From a virus (Duplodnaviria; Caudoviricetes), in IMG/VR virus record IMGVR_UViG_3300045974_000383, positions 1 to 37,490 of that record: 37,490 nt of DNA. One strand, given 5' to 3'. The position numbers and the translations under genes were made by a program. The notes under the pieces are model-generated. The model was not told the origin of the DNA and did no database searches. It was given only the letters and a program-made list of their open reading frames with translations. Positions 36,007 to 37,490 of this stretch are shown here, piece after piece (the stretch's first letter is position 1; each line of letters starts with the position of its first letter).

Positions 36007-37490
36007 TTAGAAGATATACAAGCTAGCTGTGCAGTTTGCAGAGCTGCTCAGAGCAAGCGTAAGATGAGGTATAGCGTTAGTGGCTTGCTGATCTGTGATA
36101 CTAGAGCTTACTGGGTGGAGTCCAACAACAATCCAACCAAGTGGTGCTCTATCAAGTCCGTGGTCTACAAGATTACTTCCTGAGTGAAGAGGTATGTTTG
36201 TAGCAAGACGTCCAGAAATCAATGGGTTTGAGATAACTGGGTTCAAAACACGTAAAGTCTGGTCTTGAATTCTATTGGTTGTCTCGTCCTTTGTATGGAA
36301 TTTGGTAAGTTTTTCCACCTTAGAGCTCCTGAAGTTGTTTGCTCCCTGTGGCACAAGGATGCTCTGGTATACAATGGAGCCACTTCCGCCGTAAGACTGG
36401 CTAATATGTAGTGCTATGCTTGAAGTTGTTAGCTGAACAACATCCAACACACCTCCTGATACATAGGTAACACTTGCTGTCACGGCACTGCTGAATGACA
36501 TTGTAGCATATGCACCAGACATTGATGCTGTAAGAAGAACTGGAATTGTTCCACTCCCTCCGCTGCTGCTCCCAGTAATCAGCCAGTCGCTAATGTAGTT
36601 GTAGTGAGAAAGTGCTGTTGCTAATGACATAGTAGCGTTTGGGTAGAATGCCATTGCTTCAACCTGTATTCCTGGCAAACCAGGAACTGCAGCCAGTAAA
36701 TCTCCATTTCCTATTTGTAATGATGCTGTGTTTCTTATGGTTCCGATACTTGTGCCACCATAGCCAGCAGAAACAGAAGAACCAGTAACGCCGTCTATAA
36801 TCCAAGTAATGTTTGACGGTGTTATTGCTGTTCCTATTGTTGCTACGGCCGTATAATTTACGACGACGTGATGCCAAAATCCATCGTTAAGTGCTGTCTG
36901 TTTTCCTGCTGGTTGGCAGTCAACCAGATAGAATGGTGAAGGGTAATCTCCGTTGTTAGCAACTCTGAAAATCCAGCCAAGTGTTGTGCTGTATCTAAAG
37001 TGCATGCCTCTGTATGGTGGCGGAGCAACGTTGTAGCTCTTTGTCCAGACATACTGTTCAGCACCGTTAGTTACGTCGATGCTTCTAGACAAATTTCTCA
37101 TCCACCATTCAATAGCAAATGATTGCGTGCATTCTGGGTTAAAGGCAGTGTGTAGATTCGGCGCGATCATCGATGAGCTAGGGTTCGTCATGATAAACGT
37201 CTTTTGAATGTGTTGATCTTCGATGTACACTGTTCCTGTAGCCCACGAAGAAGACGTGTATGTTCCAGAGTTTGTTGCAGTGACGTAAGCTATAGCTTTA
37301 GTTCCAGTTCCATCGCGAAGAGGATAGATCTCTGAAGCTCCGTCAGCAATGCACATGTCAAGATAAGCAGACTTTGTAACGTATTGACCTATTGACGGCG
37401 GCATTGTGCCACTCTTAATCCAGTCAGCAACAAAAAATGAGTGTGACTGCGCTGTCTGCAAAGACATCGTATTGTAATAGAATGCAAAGT
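36007..37490 (-). CDS. 3' part of tandem LamG-like domain virion protein (begins at 848)
   Basis: SFAIEWWM and LNDGFWHHVVVNY are LamG/ConA-like signatures; frame is open to the window end. Confidence 0.88.
   Translation of the reverse strand, partial: FAFYYNTMSLQTAQSHSFFVADWIKSGTMPPSIGQYVTKSAYLDMCIADGASEIYPLRDGTGTKAIAYVTATNSGTYTSSSWATGTVYIEDQHIQKTFIMTNPSSSMIAPNLHTAFNPECTQSFAIEWWMRNLSRSIDVTNGAEQYVWTKSYNVAPPPYRGMHFRYSTTLGWIFRVANNGDYPSPFYLVDCQPAGKQTALNDGFWHHVVVNYTAVATIGTAITPSNITWIIDGVTGSSVSAGYGGTSIGTIRNTASLQIGNGDLLAAVPGLPGIQVEAMAFYPNATMSLATALSHYNYISDWLITGSSSGGSGTIPVLLTASMSGAYATMSFSSAVTASVTYVSGGVLDVVQLTTSSIALHISQSYGGSGSIVYQSILVPQGANNFRSSKVEKLTKFHTKDETTNRIQDQTLRVLNPVISNPLISGRLATNIPLHSGSNLVDHGLDRAPLGWIVVGLHPVSSSITDQQATNAIPHLTLALSSSANCTASLYIF
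37364..37490. repeat. Terminal direct repeat (right copy)
   Basis: Exact copy of 1-127. Confidence 0.97.

Noticed and set aside
1-37490. CRISPR array, tRNA, DGR/retron reverse transcriptase, invertase shufflon for pilin switching
   Set aside because: I saw no regularly spaced repeats, cloverleaf, RT motifs, recombinase or inverted crossover sites by eye. tRNAscan and CRISPR finders were not run.

Overview
This window is a complete, circularly permuted ~37,363-bp dsDNA phage genome with podovirus-like gene order. The first 127 nt are repeated exactly at 37364-37490 (assembly overlap), and one tail-gene reading frame runs across the junction. The minus strand carries the morphogenesis module: terminase large subunit, portal, scaffold, major capsid, decoration proteins, head-tail adaptor, tandem LamG-domain protein, tail fibre, nozzle, and internal/ejection proteins. 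One ejection protein has a Peptidase_S74-like domain and another has an ART-PolyVal-type ADP-ribosyltransferase domain. A ribosomal protein bS21 homologue lies two genes upstream of the terminase. The accessory region (~10.2-20 kb) is driven by repeated TTTACTTC-N15-TATAAT sigma70-type promoters and encodes a GT2 glycosyltransferase, KTSC protein, HNH-AP2 endonuclease, DUF5658-like membrane protein, a GNAT and many micro-proteins. The standout feature is a self-contained operon (promoter, ~175-nt structured leader, pilin A, 94-aa ORF, pilin B, terminator) with two intact, divergent type IVa pilins that look Myxococcota/deltaproteobacterial. This is a candidate phage-encoded pilus-remodelling system for receptor swapping, superinfection exclusion or motility control. 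I could not recognise any DNA polymerase, helicase, integrase, repressor or endolysin. All family calls come from motif recognition by eye; no database searches were run.
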